Assembly (NCBI GenBank): GCA_965247015.1
Contig: CBDFGG010000005.1
Location: forward strand, 24,660 to 88,659
Direction of reading: 5' to 3'
Source of the DNA: Flavobacteriales bacterium
GTDB lineage: Bacteria; Bacteroidota; Bacteroidia; Flavobacteriales_D; Sanyastnellaceae
DNA: 64,000 nucleotides
The notes under the pieces: generated by a model
What the model was told of the DNA's origin: nothing
What the model saw: the letters and a program-made list of their open reading frames with translations, nothing else
Database searches by the model: none
Made by a program: the position numbers and the translations under genes
Shown here: in pieces, positions 17,043 to 26,626 of the stretch
Layout of the letters: every line of letters starts with the position of its first letter
Numbering within the stretch: the first letter of the stretch is position 1

Positions 17043-18467
17043 TTAAAAATGGTAATTGATAACAACGTTTAGCAAGTGCATGTTTACTTTATTGATTACA
17101 AATCGAGGATTGTCGTAAGTCTCACCTGCATTCAGCTTGTAAGTATAAAGTAACTGCGCATCAAAGCCTTTCATTTTTCCTCCGAACTCATAGCGTATAT
17201 CCGTTAAGAATTGATAATAGGAGGGAAGACCATATTTATTCATAGCTGCATTGGTTACGTCTGGTAATTGATAGTATCCTGCTGCAATAGATGTTTTGAG
17301 ATGCTTGCTTCGACTAGTGTATGTGTATTTTATTAAGGAAGCATGCACATCGCCCAGCCCCTCATTTCTTTCTCTTGGTAAAAAAGTAAAGAATGGATCT
17401 CGTCCCCATTCCCGAGGCATAAGATAGCGGCCATGGTCTGTGATCCTATTGTAGTTTACACTCCATTCATTTCTTCGAAAGCGATATGCGATGCGTCCGC
17501 CGAAGGTCCAGGCCTTAGCATTTTTTTCCATATATCGCCCTTCGTCTTGGTGCTGATATCCTTCATCACCCATGTCATCTTGCCTCACGCCTTGTCCAGA
17601 TACTATTACAGACTGCATGCTGTCTTTGTATAACGTCAAATCTGCTTGAAGAAAAGCGGTATTGAAAAGTCGATCTACATACTGTTCGGTCGCTTTAATT
17701 TTTAGTCGAGGGGTGATGTTGGCTTGAACGGTGCCATAGGCGACATACTCACTTCTAATGTTGTGATGATAGTCTGATGGTCTACCGTCAGCACCTACGC
17801 CTGAGGCATACACGCCAATCGACTCACCAATGCGAAACCAACGAACAGTGCTTCGAGGTGAAATTTCATCCAATATTCCCACTGAAAACTTCACCTTGTT
17901 CGAAGGCAAAAAATCAGCAGTGATACCTTGCACTTCTGTCGGACGCATTCGCCCGTCTTGAAGATTGATGAACGTTTCATTGATCAATTGACGACCAATG
18001 GTGAGATGAAACTTTGGTTTTTCATATTTGATATACAACTCTTCCAATCGGTCGATATCGTTGCGATTGTTGGGGTCTTCAATATCGAAGAGTCCTAATT
18101 CATATCGATTCATCTGATTTGAAATCGGGTCGTTGTCTTCGAGATTGGATGAATTAACATTGAATACAACAAACCCGCTCATTCCAAATTTGAAATTGTG
18201 CAAACTACCTGTTTCATATTTTATTCCACCACCCAGTGCCCATGCATAGTAATCAGATAAATTACTTTCATTATCCGTGGCCATGAAATAATTTCTGAAA
18301 TGCCCATGAAAGGTACCATGATGAAAGGCAGAGAACAAGGTAGAACTATCCGATTCTGTGTGCTCTTTCTTCGTTTTCCAAAGCGTCGTTTTCTCATGAA
18401 GCTCTTGGTGTTGAGCAAATAGAAGTACAGGAAAAAATAGAATTAAAATCAAGAAAATCTGACGCAT
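17043..18467 (-). CDS. Outer-membrane porin-like beta-barrel protein
   Basis: Signal peptide (MRQIFLILILFFPVLLFAQ), 474 aa, alternating strand pattern, and a C-terminus ending ...VINYHF. Confidence 0.6.
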   Translation of the reverse strand: MRQIFLILILFFPVLLFAQHQELHEKTTLWKTKKEHTESDSSTLFSAFHHGTFHGHFRNYFMATDNESNLSDYYAWALGGGIKYETGSLHNFKFGMSGFVVFNVNSSNLEDNDPISNQMNRYELGLFDIEDPNNRNDIDRLEELYIKYEKPKFHLTIGRQLINETFINLQDGRMRPTEVQGITADFLPSNKVKFSVGILDEISPRSTVRWFRIGESIGVYASGVGADGRPSDYHHNIRSEYVAYGTVQANITPRLKIKATEQYVDRLFNTAFLQADLTLYKDSMQSVIVSGQGVRQDDMGDEGYQHQDEGRYMEKNAKAWTFGGRIAYRFRRNEWSVNYNRITDHGRYLMPREWGRDPFFTFLPRERNEGLGDVHASLIKYTYTSRSKHLKTSIAAGYYQLPDVTNAAMNKYGLPSYYQFLTDIRYEFGGKMKGFDAQLLYTYKLNAGETYDNPRFVINKVNMHLLNVVINYHF

Positions 18468-18468
18468 A

Positions 18469-18885
18469 CTAGAATCCTATTTTGATATAAGACCAGCCCT
18501 GTTCCTGTCGTTCGATGATATATCCCAATCCCATAGGTGCAAAAGTGGCTGTGGTGAAAATATCTTCTTTGCTAACTTTTTTATTCTTCATCGTATTCTC
18601 ACATACAATGAATTTCACGTTTTCTTTTGCCCATTTACTTATTTGAGCTTCATATTTTGATTTGCTCTTCTGCATTAATTCAATGCCCGGACCATGCATG
18701 ACGACTTCGATTTCCAAGGTCTCGCCAAATCCTTCTTTCAAATGAAAAAGATTATTGAGTAGTCCTTTGTAAACCATGGTGTCATTCGATGACAGTTGCA
18801 AAACCACTTTATGTTTTACTTCATTTTGAGAAAATGAAATCAGACTTGATACAACGATTATTATTGCTAAAATGAATTTCTTCAT
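18469..18885 (-). CDS. Secreted DsrE/DsrF-like family protein
   Basis: 138 aa with a signal peptide. The blocks KVVLQLSSND...EVVMHGPGIELM...KFIVCENTM resemble DsrE-like sulfur-relay folds. Confidence 0.55.
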   Translation of the reverse strand: MKKFILAIIIVVSSLISFSQNEVKHKVVLQLSSNDTMVYKGLLNNLFHLKEGFGETLEIEVVMHGPGIELMQKSKSKYEAQISKWAKENVKFIVCENTMKNKKVSKEDIFTTATFAPMGLGYIIERQEQGWSYIKIGF

Positions 18886-18887
18886 GA

Positions 18888-19103
18888 TTAATTTGTTTGA
18901 GTTTTATTGCTGGGAAATACGCTGTGCGAAAGCAATGCGCCTAGTCCTGCAAAATAGAGTGTGCTGTTGAGAGGGCTTGATGTAATGGCACATGTGCCAC
19001 TTGAACATCCCACAAATTTCCAATACAAAAAACCGGCTATTGCGCCTACTACAAGGCCGAGTGCTGTTTTTAAATAAGGATTTGATTTTATTTTTCTCTT
19101 CAT
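18888..19103 (-). CDS. Small two-TM membrane protein with a GCSSGTC motif
   Basis: The internal start MKRKIKSNPYLK... is preferred over the track start at 19151. Genes of this kind commonly sit next to MBL-rhodanese genes in Bacteroidota. Confidence 0.55.
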   Translation of the reverse strand: MKRKIKSNPYLKTALGLVVGAIAGFLYWKFVGCSSGTCAITSSPLNSTLYFAGLGALLSHSVFPSNKTQTN

Positions 19104-19186
19104 TAGAATGGGTTTTAAAAGATGGGAGCGTCCGTTGACGCCCCCATGCAAAAACTACAAACCGTATAGAATTAAAACAACCAGGG

Positions 19187-20602
19187 TTATAACATGGTTG
19201 ATGGACACACGTAATCAGTGATCTCGAATAGATTTGACTCTTTCAGCGCTTTAAAGCCACCTTTAACATCTACTAAATTGTCAAATCCTCTCGCACGAAG
19301 AATGCTTGTAAAAATCATTGAGCGGTAACCACCAGCGCAATGAACGTAATACTTCTTATTCTTGTCAATAGAAGCCATCACATCATTGATATCATCCAAA
19401 GGAAGATTCTCTGATATGGTCAAACGCTCCGCAAAGTTTTCACTTGCTTTTCTTGCGTCAATTACATTTACTTTTTCTGTCTTCATGGTCTCAGCAAGTT
19501 CTTCTACTGATACACTCTGAATCATATCTACTTCCAAACCTGCTTTTTTCCAAGCATCAAAGCCATCTTTCAAATAACCAATTACATGGTCATATCCAAC
19601 TCGGCTCAATCTTGTTACCACTTCTTCTTCCATTCCTGGCTCAGTGATCAACAATAATTCTTGCTTGATGTCTGGAATCAATGCACCCACCCATGGAGCG
19701 AATTGCCCGTCAAGTCCGATGTTGATGGCGTTTGGAACAAATCCTTTTGCAAACTCTTGAGCATTTCTCACGTCCAACATGATAGCTCCTGTTTCAGTAG
19801 CAGCTGTTTCAAATGCTTCTGGAGAAAGTGCATGAAGTCCTCTTGAAAGAACGGTGTCAATGCTCTCGTACCCTTTCTTGTTCAATGCAACATTGAGTGG
19901 GAAATAGGCTGGAGGTGGCATCAAACCATGCGTTACTTCTTTCACGAATTCCTCTTTGGTCATATCTGCACGAAGTGCATAATTCGTTTTCTTTTGATTG
20001 CCTAAAAGATCTGTTGTCTCTTTGCTCATGTTCTTACCACAAGCGCTACCGGCGCCGTGCGCAGGATATACAGTGATATCATCTGCAAGAGGCATGATTT
20101 TATTTCTCAAAGAATCAAATAGCGTTTCTGCCAACTGCTCCTGCGTCAAGTGCGCTGCTTTTTGAGCCAAGTCAGGACGGCCTACATCACCAATGAATAA
20201 AGTATCTCCAGAGAAAAGAGCAACGTCTTTACCATTTTCATCTGTCAACAAATAACAAGTGCTTTCCATGGTGTGACCAGGAGTGTGAAGTACTTTCAGT
20301 GTGATATCACCCACTTTAAAGATTTCACCATCTTTTGCAATGTGCGATTCAAAATCAGGATTAGCATTCGGACCGTAAACAATCGGTGCACCCGTTTTCT
20401 TAGAAAGATCTAAGTGACCACTTACGAAGTCTGCGTGGAAGTGTGTTTCGAATACATACTTAATTTTTACATTTTGCTTCTCAGCTTTCTCAATGTATGG
20501 CTGTACTTCACGTAGCGGATCAATAACTACTGCCTCGCCGTTGCTTTCGATGAAATAAGCACCTTGTGCTAAACATCCAGTGTAAATCTGTTCGATTTTC
20601 AT
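19187..20602 (-). CDS. MBL-fold persulfide-dioxygenase-like enzyme fused to two rhodanese domains (CstB-like architecture)
   Basis: The metal motif is ETHFHADFVSGH, followed by HTPGHT. The C-terminal rhodanese active-site loop is HCAGGYRS. The start MKIEQIYTGCLAQGAYF is preferred. Confidence 0.8.
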   Translation of the reverse strand: MKIEQIYTGCLAQGAYFIESNGEAVVIDPLREVQPYIEKAEKQNVKIKYVFETHFHADFVSGHLDLSKKTGAPIVYGPNANPDFESHIAKDGEIFKVGDITLKVLHTPGHTMESTCYLLTDENGKDVALFSGDTLFIGDVGRPDLAQKAAHLTQEQLAETLFDSLRNKIMPLADDITVYPAHGAGSACGKNMSKETTDLLGNQKKTNYALRADMTKEEFVKEVTHGLMPPPAYFPLNVALNKKGYESIDTVLSRGLHALSPEAFETAATETGAIMLDVRNAQEFAKGFVPNAINIGLDGQFAPWVGALIPDIKQELLLITEPGMEEEVVTRLSRVGYDHVIGYLKDGFDAWKKAGLEVDMIQSVSVEELAETMKTEKVNVIDARKASENFAERLTISENLPLDDINDVMASIDKNKKYYVHCAGGYRSMIFTSILRARGFDNLVDVKGGFKALKESNLFEITDYVCPSTML

Positions 20603-20684
20603 TTTATATAATTTTTTTATTTGATGCAAATTTTGAACTTATTGTGCTGTCCTTAAAGGACATTGGTCACACAACGAATTTTTT

Positions 20685-21479
20685 TTAAAAGAATAATTCT
20701 TTTGTGATGATATAGATTCCCATCACCAACACGAACCAACCAAAACCTTTTTTTAATTGGTCTGCGGCAATTTTTTTGCTCAACATATTTCCTGCGAAAA
20801 TGCCGACCACGGCGAGCGCACTTACTGAAAGTAATAAGGTCCAATTCATTTCCTGATGCCCCAAGTCACCTGTAAATCCAAACAATGATTTCACCGCTAT
20901 AATGAGAAGTGAAGTTCCAATCGCTTGCTTCATTGGTAGCTTACTCAATACTACTAATGCAGGAATAATGAGGAATCCGCCCCCCGCTCCAACAAGTCCT
21001 GTCAACACACCAACTACTGCTCCTTCTAGAAGAATCATAGGATAGTTGAACTTTTGTTCGGTGGCTTCTTCTTCTGTTGCTTTTTTCTTTGATTTGATCA
21101 TCGACAGGGATGCAAAAACCATCAATACAGCAAACAATACCATCATCAATATGGACTTCGTTACTACGAATGAACCTATTGTCATTACTTCACTAGGAAT
21201 GGCAGGTACAATGAATGCGCGTGTTGCATATACCGCCACAATAGACGGTATACCAAAAATGATAGCGGTTTTTAAATTCACTTCACCTTGCTTGTACTTA
21301 GGTACTACGCCTACAAGGCTGGTGGTGCCAACGATGAATAGAGAATAAGCTGTGGCTTCCACGGGATCTACTCCGAAAAGATACACTAATACAGGAACTG
21401 TAAGAATGGAACCTCCGCCGCCAATAAGGCCCAGAGAAACTCCAATCACGAGAGATGCTAAATAGCCGATGATTTCCAT
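20685..21479 (-). CDS. TauE/SafE family sulfite/anion exporter
   Basis: 264-aa multi-TM protein with repeated GGGGS/GAGGG motifs (LIGGGGSILTVP, LVGAGGGFLIIP). Confidence 0.8.
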   Translation of the reverse strand: MEIIGYLASLVIGVSLGLIGGGGSILTVPVLVYLFGVDPVEATAYSLFIVGTTSLVGVVPKYKQGEVNLKTAIIFGIPSIVAVYATRAFIVPAIPSEVMTIGSFVVTKSILMMVLFAVLMVFASLSMIKSKKKATEEEATEQKFNYPMILLEGAVVGVLTGLVGAGGGFLIIPALVVLSKLPMKQAIGTSLLIIAVKSLFGFTGDLGHQEMNWTLLLSVSALAVVGIFAGNMLSKKIAADQLKKGFGWFVLVMGIYIITKELFF

Positions 21480-21542
21480 AAAATTTCTTTTAAATTATTT
21501 TTTAATGTTGGCGCAAAAGTGTTCTCTTTCATTCAGCTATTC

Positions 21543-21558
21543 AGTGATAGCTGTCACT
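21543..21558. promoter_or_regulatory. CRP/FNR-type palindrome (AGTGA-N6-TCACT), 64-79 nt upstream of the TauE ATG
   Basis: agtgatagctgtcact has perfect 5-bp arms. It lies immediately downstream of the Crp-family gene. Confidence 0.45.
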
Positions 21559-21564
21559 CAATCA

Positions 21565-22197
21565 TTAATTGACAATCCACTCTACGGAATTTCTATGAAT
21601 CTTCAGCCAGCCGTCTTTCTCCATTTTTTTCATCAATCTGCTAATTACTTCTCTCGATGAATTGAGGTCGTTCGCAATTTCTTGGTGTGTCATTTTTATG
21701 GTTGTACCGAATTGTTTTACTTGTTTTTTCAAATAAAATTCAAGACGCTCATCCATATTTTTGAAAGCAATTTCATTGATGGTTTTGAGCAACTCGTTAT
21801 AACGATTGCGGTATGTGCGAATCACAAAGGAGTACCATGTTCTGTATTTAAACATCCACTCATCCATTTTTTCTAAAGGAATGCTCAAGACTACCACATC
21901 ACTCACCGCCTGTGCCGCGACTTGATTAATTTCCGCTTGTTGGGAACAAACAAGACTAATTGCACATGCATTTCCAGGATCGAGATAGTAGATGAAGAAT
22001 TCATCCCCCTCGTCGTCGCGCTGATAAAGTTTTACGGTGCCTTCAAGAATCAGCATAGAGGATCGCACGGGCTGGCCAAAATTCAATATAGGACGACCAG
22101 CCTCAAACTCACGAATAGTACTGTGTTCGGCGATTTCATGATAAAGCTCATTTTCTAAATCGGGATAGAGTCTTTTAATTTGATCTAAGAATATCAT
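21565..22197 (-). CDS. Crp/Fnr family transcriptional regulator
   Basis: A cNMP-binding-like N-terminal half plus a C-terminal HTH (MTHQEIANDLNSSREVISRLMKKM). Confidence 0.8.
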   Translation of the reverse strand: MIFLDQIKRLYPDLENELYHEIAEHSTIREFEAGRPILNFGQPVRSSMLILEGTVKLYQRDDEGDEFFIYYLDPGNACAISLVCSQQAEINQVAAQAVSDVVVLSIPLEKMDEWMFKYRTWYSFVIRTYRNRYNELLKTINEIAFKNMDERLEFYLKKQVKQFGTTIKMTHQEIANDLNSSREVISRLMKKMEKDGWLKIHRNSVEWIVN

Positions 22198-22244
22198 ATT
22201 GGAAAGGATTTACCCGCAAGTAAATCAACCTCCAAAACAATCTT

Positions 22245-22260
22245 GGTGACTTAGAGCACA
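22245..22260. promoter_or_regulatory. Weaker CRP-like site (TGTGc-N6-TCACc on the minus strand), 48-63 nt upstream of the Crp-family gene
   Basis: The plus strand reads ggtgacttagagcaca. Confidence 0.3.
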
Positions 22261-22264
22261 CAAG

Positions 22265-23314
22265 CTAGACTCCTAGTGAAGAGAAGGTCGTGAGCTCACC
22301 TGCCATTGGAGTAGTGAGCTTTTCTTTTAATGTGTCTCCACTATAATTTTGACCCAGTAAGAACATCAATTTCGTGAGGGCTGCCTCTGTGGTCATGTCC
22401 GCCCCCCCAATGACTCCAATGCGCTGTAATGCTGCGGATGTATCATACAATCCTTGTTCTACAAAACCTTTGCTGCATTGTGTAATGTTTAGAATAACCA
22501 AGCCGCGCTCGATGGCGCTGCGCAAAGCCTCTACCAACCAACCTTCCTTCGGAGCATTGCCGCTGCCGTAGGTCTCAAACACGATGGCCTTCAATTGTGG
22601 CGATGTCAAAATGGATTGAACAAACGCTGGACTCATCCCAGGGAAAAGTTTTAATATTCCTACACGATTATCAAACTCTTTCAACACTTTCAATTCTTTC
22701 GACTCGTTGCGAAGCAAACGCTGATGACTATAAATGATATGAATTCCAATCTCTGCAAGCTCATCATAATTAGGACTGTCAAACGCATCGAAATTTTCTG
22801 TGCTGTATTTATGCGTGCGATTTCCACGAAGCAATTTTGATTCAAATAGGATGGCCACTTCTTGAATGACGGGCTCTCCATTGCGGCGCGCTCCGGCTAT
22901 CTCAATGGCCGTAATCAAGTTTTCCTTACCATCGGTTCTTAATCTACCAATGGGCAATTGACTCCCTGTAAAGATGACAGGCTTGGTGAGATTTTGTAAC
23001 ATAAAACTCAAAGCACTCGCGCTGTAAGCCATGGTATCCGTGCCGTGTAGCACTACAAATCCCGAATATTGATCGTAATTTTTTTCAATAATCTCTGCAA
23101 TGGATACCCACGTTTGGATATTCACATCGGAGCTATCAATGGGCTTTTCAAAAGCAACCACATCCATCGATTTCGAAAATCGCATCAACTCTGGAATATA
23201 CTTTTCGAGTTCGCTAAAGTTCAGCGGAATCAAACTTCCAGTGGCTGCATCTTCTAACATACCGATGGTGCCACCGGTATAAATCAATAATGTTTTACTT
23301 GAAGTAGTCACCAT
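22265..23314 (-). CDS. ansA: Type I L-asparaginase
   Basis: Motifs LIYTGGTIGM and HGTDTM; length 349 aa. Confidence 0.85.
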   Translation of the reverse strand: MVTTSSKTLLIYTGGTIGMLEDAATGSLIPLNFSELEKYIPELMRFSKSMDVVAFEKPIDSSDVNIQTWVSIAEIIEKNYDQYSGFVVLHGTDTMAYSASALSFMLQNLTKPVIFTGSQLPIGRLRTDGKENLITAIEIAGARRNGEPVIQEVAILFESKLLRGNRTHKYSTENFDAFDSPNYDELAEIGIHIIYSHQRLLRNESKELKVLKEFDNRVGILKLFPGMSPAFVQSILTSPQLKAIVFETYGSGNAPKEGWLVEALRSAIERGLVILNITQCSKGFVEQGLYDTSAALQRIGVIGGADMTTEAALTKLMFLLGQNYSGDTLKEKLTTPMAGELTTFSSLGV

Positions 23315-24088
23315 TTATCTAGGAGTGAAAAGTTTTAATGCATTAGCGGTCGTAACCTCAGCGACCTGTTCCATTTCGATGCCTTTTGCCTCAGCAATCT
23401 TTGCCCCAATAATAGGGATATAACTGCTTTCGTTGCGCTTACCTCTGTAAGGATTCGGTGGAAGAAAGGGTGCATCGGTTTCAAGCACGAGATACTCCAA
23501 TGGAATATCCGCCACTACTTTATCGAGTTGTGCTTTGCTGTAGGTAATTACTCCTCCAATTCCCATCATGAAACCACCATAGCTCATGATTTTTTGTGCT
23601 TGTTCAATGGTACCAGTAAAGCAATGAAATACGCCCTTCAAATCGCTCGGGTTGAACTCATCAAGAATATCAAATATTTCTTGAAAAGCTTCTCTGGCGT
23701 GGATAGCAAAAGGCAGGCGAGTGTCAATCGACCATTGAATTTGCTGACGAAAAGCATCTTGTTGAATGCTTAAAGTGCTTTTGTCCCAATATAAATCAAT
23801 GCCAATTTCACCGATCGCTGCATACGATTTTGATTGAAGTTCGGCATGAAGCGCATCCAATACTTCTTGGTAATTTTCCTTGACATCGCAAGGATGCAGC
23901 CCCATCATTGGAATGAACATCTCTGGATCATGCGCACACAAATCATGAATTTGAGGCACACTTTCTAAATCAATATTCGGAAGATATATTTTTTCAATGC
24001 CTTCTTTTTTTGCGCGCGCAATCCATTCTGCACGGTCTTCCACAAATGCGGGCAAATAAACGTGGGCATGGGTATCAATCCATTTCAT
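23315..24088 (-). CDS. TatD family metal-dependent hydrolase
   Basis: MKWIDTHAHVY starts at 24088, and a -7 box lies 4 nt upstream. The track start at 24136 would overlap the divergent gene. Confidence 0.8.
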   Translation of the reverse strand: MKWIDTHAHVYLPAFVEDRAEWIARAKKEGIEKIYLPNIDLESVPQIHDLCAHDPEMFIPMMGLHPCDVKENYQEVLDALHAELQSKSYAAIGEIGIDLYWDKSTLSIQQDAFRQQIQWSIDTRLPFAIHAREAFQEIFDILDEFNPSDLKGVFHCFTGTIEQAQKIMSYGGFMMGIGGVITYSKAQLDKVVADIPLEYLVLETDAPFLPPNPYRGKRNESSYIPIIGAKIAEAKGIEMEQVAEVTTANALKLFTPR

Positions 24089-24091
24089 GGC

Positions 24092-24124
24092 GCAAATATA
24101 CATCGCTTCGATATGTATATTTGC
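24092..24124. promoter_or_regulatory. 12-bp perfect inverted repeat carrying two divergent TATATTTG -7 boxes, each 4 nt from its ATG
   Basis: gcaaatatacat (24092-24103) and atgtatatttgc (24113-24124). The ATGs are at 24088 (minus strand) and 24128 (plus strand). Confidence 0.55.
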
Positions 24125-24127
24125 CGC

Positions 24128-25108
24128 ATGTCGCAACCAACACGCATTCTAATTATCCGCTTCAGCTCCATGGGAGACATCGTGCTCACCACACCTGTCA
24201 TCCGAAGATTGAAGCAGCAATTAGAAGGCGAAGTGGAAATACATTATCTCACGAAAAAGGCCTTCGTGCCGCTATTAGAGCACAATCCGTATATCCATCG
24301 CATTCATGCCATGGAGAAAACGGTGCAAGAGAATATTCCCGATTTGCTTGAGATTCCCTTCGACTATATTGTCGATTTGCACCAAAACATTCGCAGTAGA
24401 GTAGTAAAGCGCAAGCTCGAAAAACTCTCTTTCACTTTCAAGAAATTGAATTTTGAAAAATGGCTATTGGTCAATTTCGGAATCAATCGGATGCCGAATG
24501 TGCATGTAGTAGATCGCTACCTCGATACCATCACAGCCTTTGGTACCGAAGACGATGGTAAAGGGTTGGATTATTTTTTACCAGGAAATATATCGCTTCC
24601 ATCGGATCTCCCATCGCGGTTCATCGCTTTCGCTATTGGCGGGGCCCATATCGGAAAACGCATGGATGCTGGGAAATTGATCGATATTATCAAACAGCTT
24701 TCACTGCCTGTTGTATTACTCGGCGGAAAGGAAGATGTGGCAATCGCTGAAGAAATTAAAGCGGCTCTTCCAAACGTGGTGCAATGGGCGGGCACGCTCA
24801 GCATTCATCAAAGTGCCTTAGTAACAAAGCACGCACATGTAGTAGTATCAGGCGATACAGGACTCATGCACATTGCCTCTGCTTTTGAGAGAAATATTGT
24901 TTCGCTATGGGGCTGTACTAGTCCTCAATTGGGGATGTATCCTTATCGCGCTGGCGCAGATTCGGTCATTGTCGAACCCCACGGACGCAAGAAAAGACCA
25001 TGCTCAAAGTTGGGCAATAAATGCAAATACGGAAAAAACAATCGCTGTATTCAAGCGATTGATAATAGTGAAGTAGTTGGGCTTATTGAAAAGCTTTCGG
25101 CTCGATAA
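24128..25108 (+). CDS. Glycosyltransferase family 9 (heptosyltransferase-like)
   Basis: The N-terminus (RILIIRFSSMGDIVLTTPVIRRLK) and the GDTGLMHIA motif. Confidence 0.8.
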   Translation: MSQPTRILIIRFSSMGDIVLTTPVIRRLKQQLEGEVEIHYLTKKAFVPLLEHNPYIHRIHAMEKTVQENIPDLLEIPFDYIVDLHQNIRSRVVKRKLEKLSFTFKKLNFEKWLLVNFGINRMPNVHVVDRYLDTITAFGTEDDGKGLDYFLPGNISLPSDLPSRFIAFAIGGAHIGKRMDAGKLIDIIKQLSLPVVLLGGKEDVAIAEEIKAALPNVVQWAGTLSIHQSALVTKHAHVVVSGDTGLMHIASAFERNIVSLWGCTSPQLGMYPYRAGADSVIVEPHGRKKRPCSKLGNKCKYGKNNRCIQAIDNSEVVGLIEKLSAR

Positions 25109-25613
25109 ACAATGCCTTCAATTCTGTAGCTTCTTCAGGCTTCATTTTTCCAGCAAGAATCAAACGCAACTGTCTTCTTCTCAATGCACCATCATAACGT
25201 CTTTGTTCTTCTTCTGTCTCAGGGACTAATTCCGGAACATCAATAGGATTGCCCAATTGATCTACGGCTACAAAGGTGTAGATCGCTTCATTGCACTTGG
25301 TCTTCTTACCAGAGTAGTTATCCTCTACAAACACTTCCATGTACACTTCCATCGATGAACTGAAAGCACGAGATACTTTCGCTTCAATCGTAACGATTTC
25401 ACCCAGTTTAATTGGATGCTGAAAAGAAACGTTGTTCACCGCGGCTGTTACTACAATTCTCTTGCTGTGTCTGTGTGCACTGATAGCAGAGATAACGTCC
25501 ATCCAATTGAGAAGCTGACCTCCCATTAGATTGCCTAGAGTATTAGTGTTTTCAGGTAGTACAAGATAAGTACCTGTAGTAAAAGTTTCCTTAGGTGAAA
25601 CGGTTTTTTTCAT
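25083..25613 (-). CDS. Acyl-CoA thioesterase (hotdog fold, YciA-like)
   Basis: Motif LVLPENTNTLGNLMGGQLLNWMD. The start at 25613 is preceded by TATCTTCG-N4. Confidence 0.75.
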   Translation of the reverse strand: MKKTVSPKETFTTGTYLVLPENTNTLGNLMGGQLLNWMDVISAISAHRHSKRIVVTAAVNNVSFQHPIKLGEIVTIEAKVSRAFSSSMEVYMEVFVEDNYSGKKTKCNEAIYTFVAVDQLGNPIDVPELVPETEEEQRRYDGALRRRQLRLILAGKMKPEEATELKALFIEPKAFQ

Positions 25614-25681
25614 GGCGCGAAGATATAAAAAGCAATGCCTCCACAGATTTGGAAATTCAGGGAATTCGTGCATATTTGTTT

Positions 25682-26626
25682 ATGCTTAAATCACTTCTAT
25701 CGCTGTTGACGGTCTGCTTTCTGCAAGGCTTCGCATTTTCTCAAATGGAACTATATCACCAAACCTTCGGTGATTCAAGCCATCCAGCGTTGATCTATTT
25801 ACACGGCGGACCAGGATACAATTGTTCGACCTTCGAAGCAAGCACTGCCCAAGCACTCGCTGATCGCGGATTTTTTGTGATTGTTTATGATAGAAGAGGC
25901 GAGGGGAGATCTTCAGCAGTAACAGCAAAATATTCTTTCGAAGAAAGCATCGACGATATCAATGGATTGATGAAGCAATTCAAGATCACGAAAGTTTCGT
26001 TACTAGGACACAGCTTCGGTGGAATGCTAGCAATTAAGTATGCGGAGAAATATCCACAAAATGTGGAAGAGATTTTCCTCATCGGAGCGCCGATTTCTTT
26101 GCAAAAAACGTTCAAGAATATTATTTCAAAATCTAAAGAGATCTATGTTTCCAAGGGCGATTCAACAAGCTTGATGTATATCAATATGCTCGAAAAAATG
26201 GATACGACTGCGTTGATGTATGGCTCTTATTCATTTATGCATGCAATGCAAAATGGATTTTATTCTCCGAAAAAACCAACCGACGAAGCGATTCAAATCA
26301 TGCAGAAAATGAGCTCACATCCAGCTGCTCCATATTTTTCTAAAATGACCACCGAAGGCCCAACAGGTTTTTACCAAACTGAAAAATATACTACGCTTGA
26401 TCTCATGCCAGAGGTTCGGAAACTGGTGAAAAATGGAGTGAAAATTACGGGTATGTACGGCGAAGAAGATGGACTGTACTCTATCGATCAAGTATTTGAA
26501 CTACAGGATGTTATTGGTAAAGACAATATTTTCTATTTTTCACGTTGTTCGCACAGTGTTTTTATAGACCAACAATCTTCATTTCTTGAAGTAATCACTA
26601 CCAACCTTAACCATCTGAAAAAATGA
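25682..26626 (+). CDS. Secreted alpha/beta hydrolase (proline iminopeptidase-like)
   Basis: HGGPG oxyanion motif and GHSFGG nucleophile elbow. The signal peptide starts at 25682. Confidence 0.75.
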   Translation: MLKSLLSLLTVCFLQGFAFSQMELYHQTFGDSSHPALIYLHGGPGYNCSTFEASTAQALADRGFFVIVYDRRGEGRSSAVTAKYSFEESIDDINGLMKQFKITKVSLLGHSFGGMLAIKYAEKYPQNVEEIFLIGAPISLQKTFKNIISKSKEIYVSKGDSTSLMYINMLEKMDTTALMYGSYSFMHAMQNGFYSPKKPTDEAIQIMQKMSSHPAAPYFSKMTTEGPTGFYQTEKYTTLDLMPEVRKLVKNGVKITGMYGEEDGLYSIDQVFELQDVIGKDNIFYFSRCSHSVFIDQQSSFLEVITTNLNHLKK

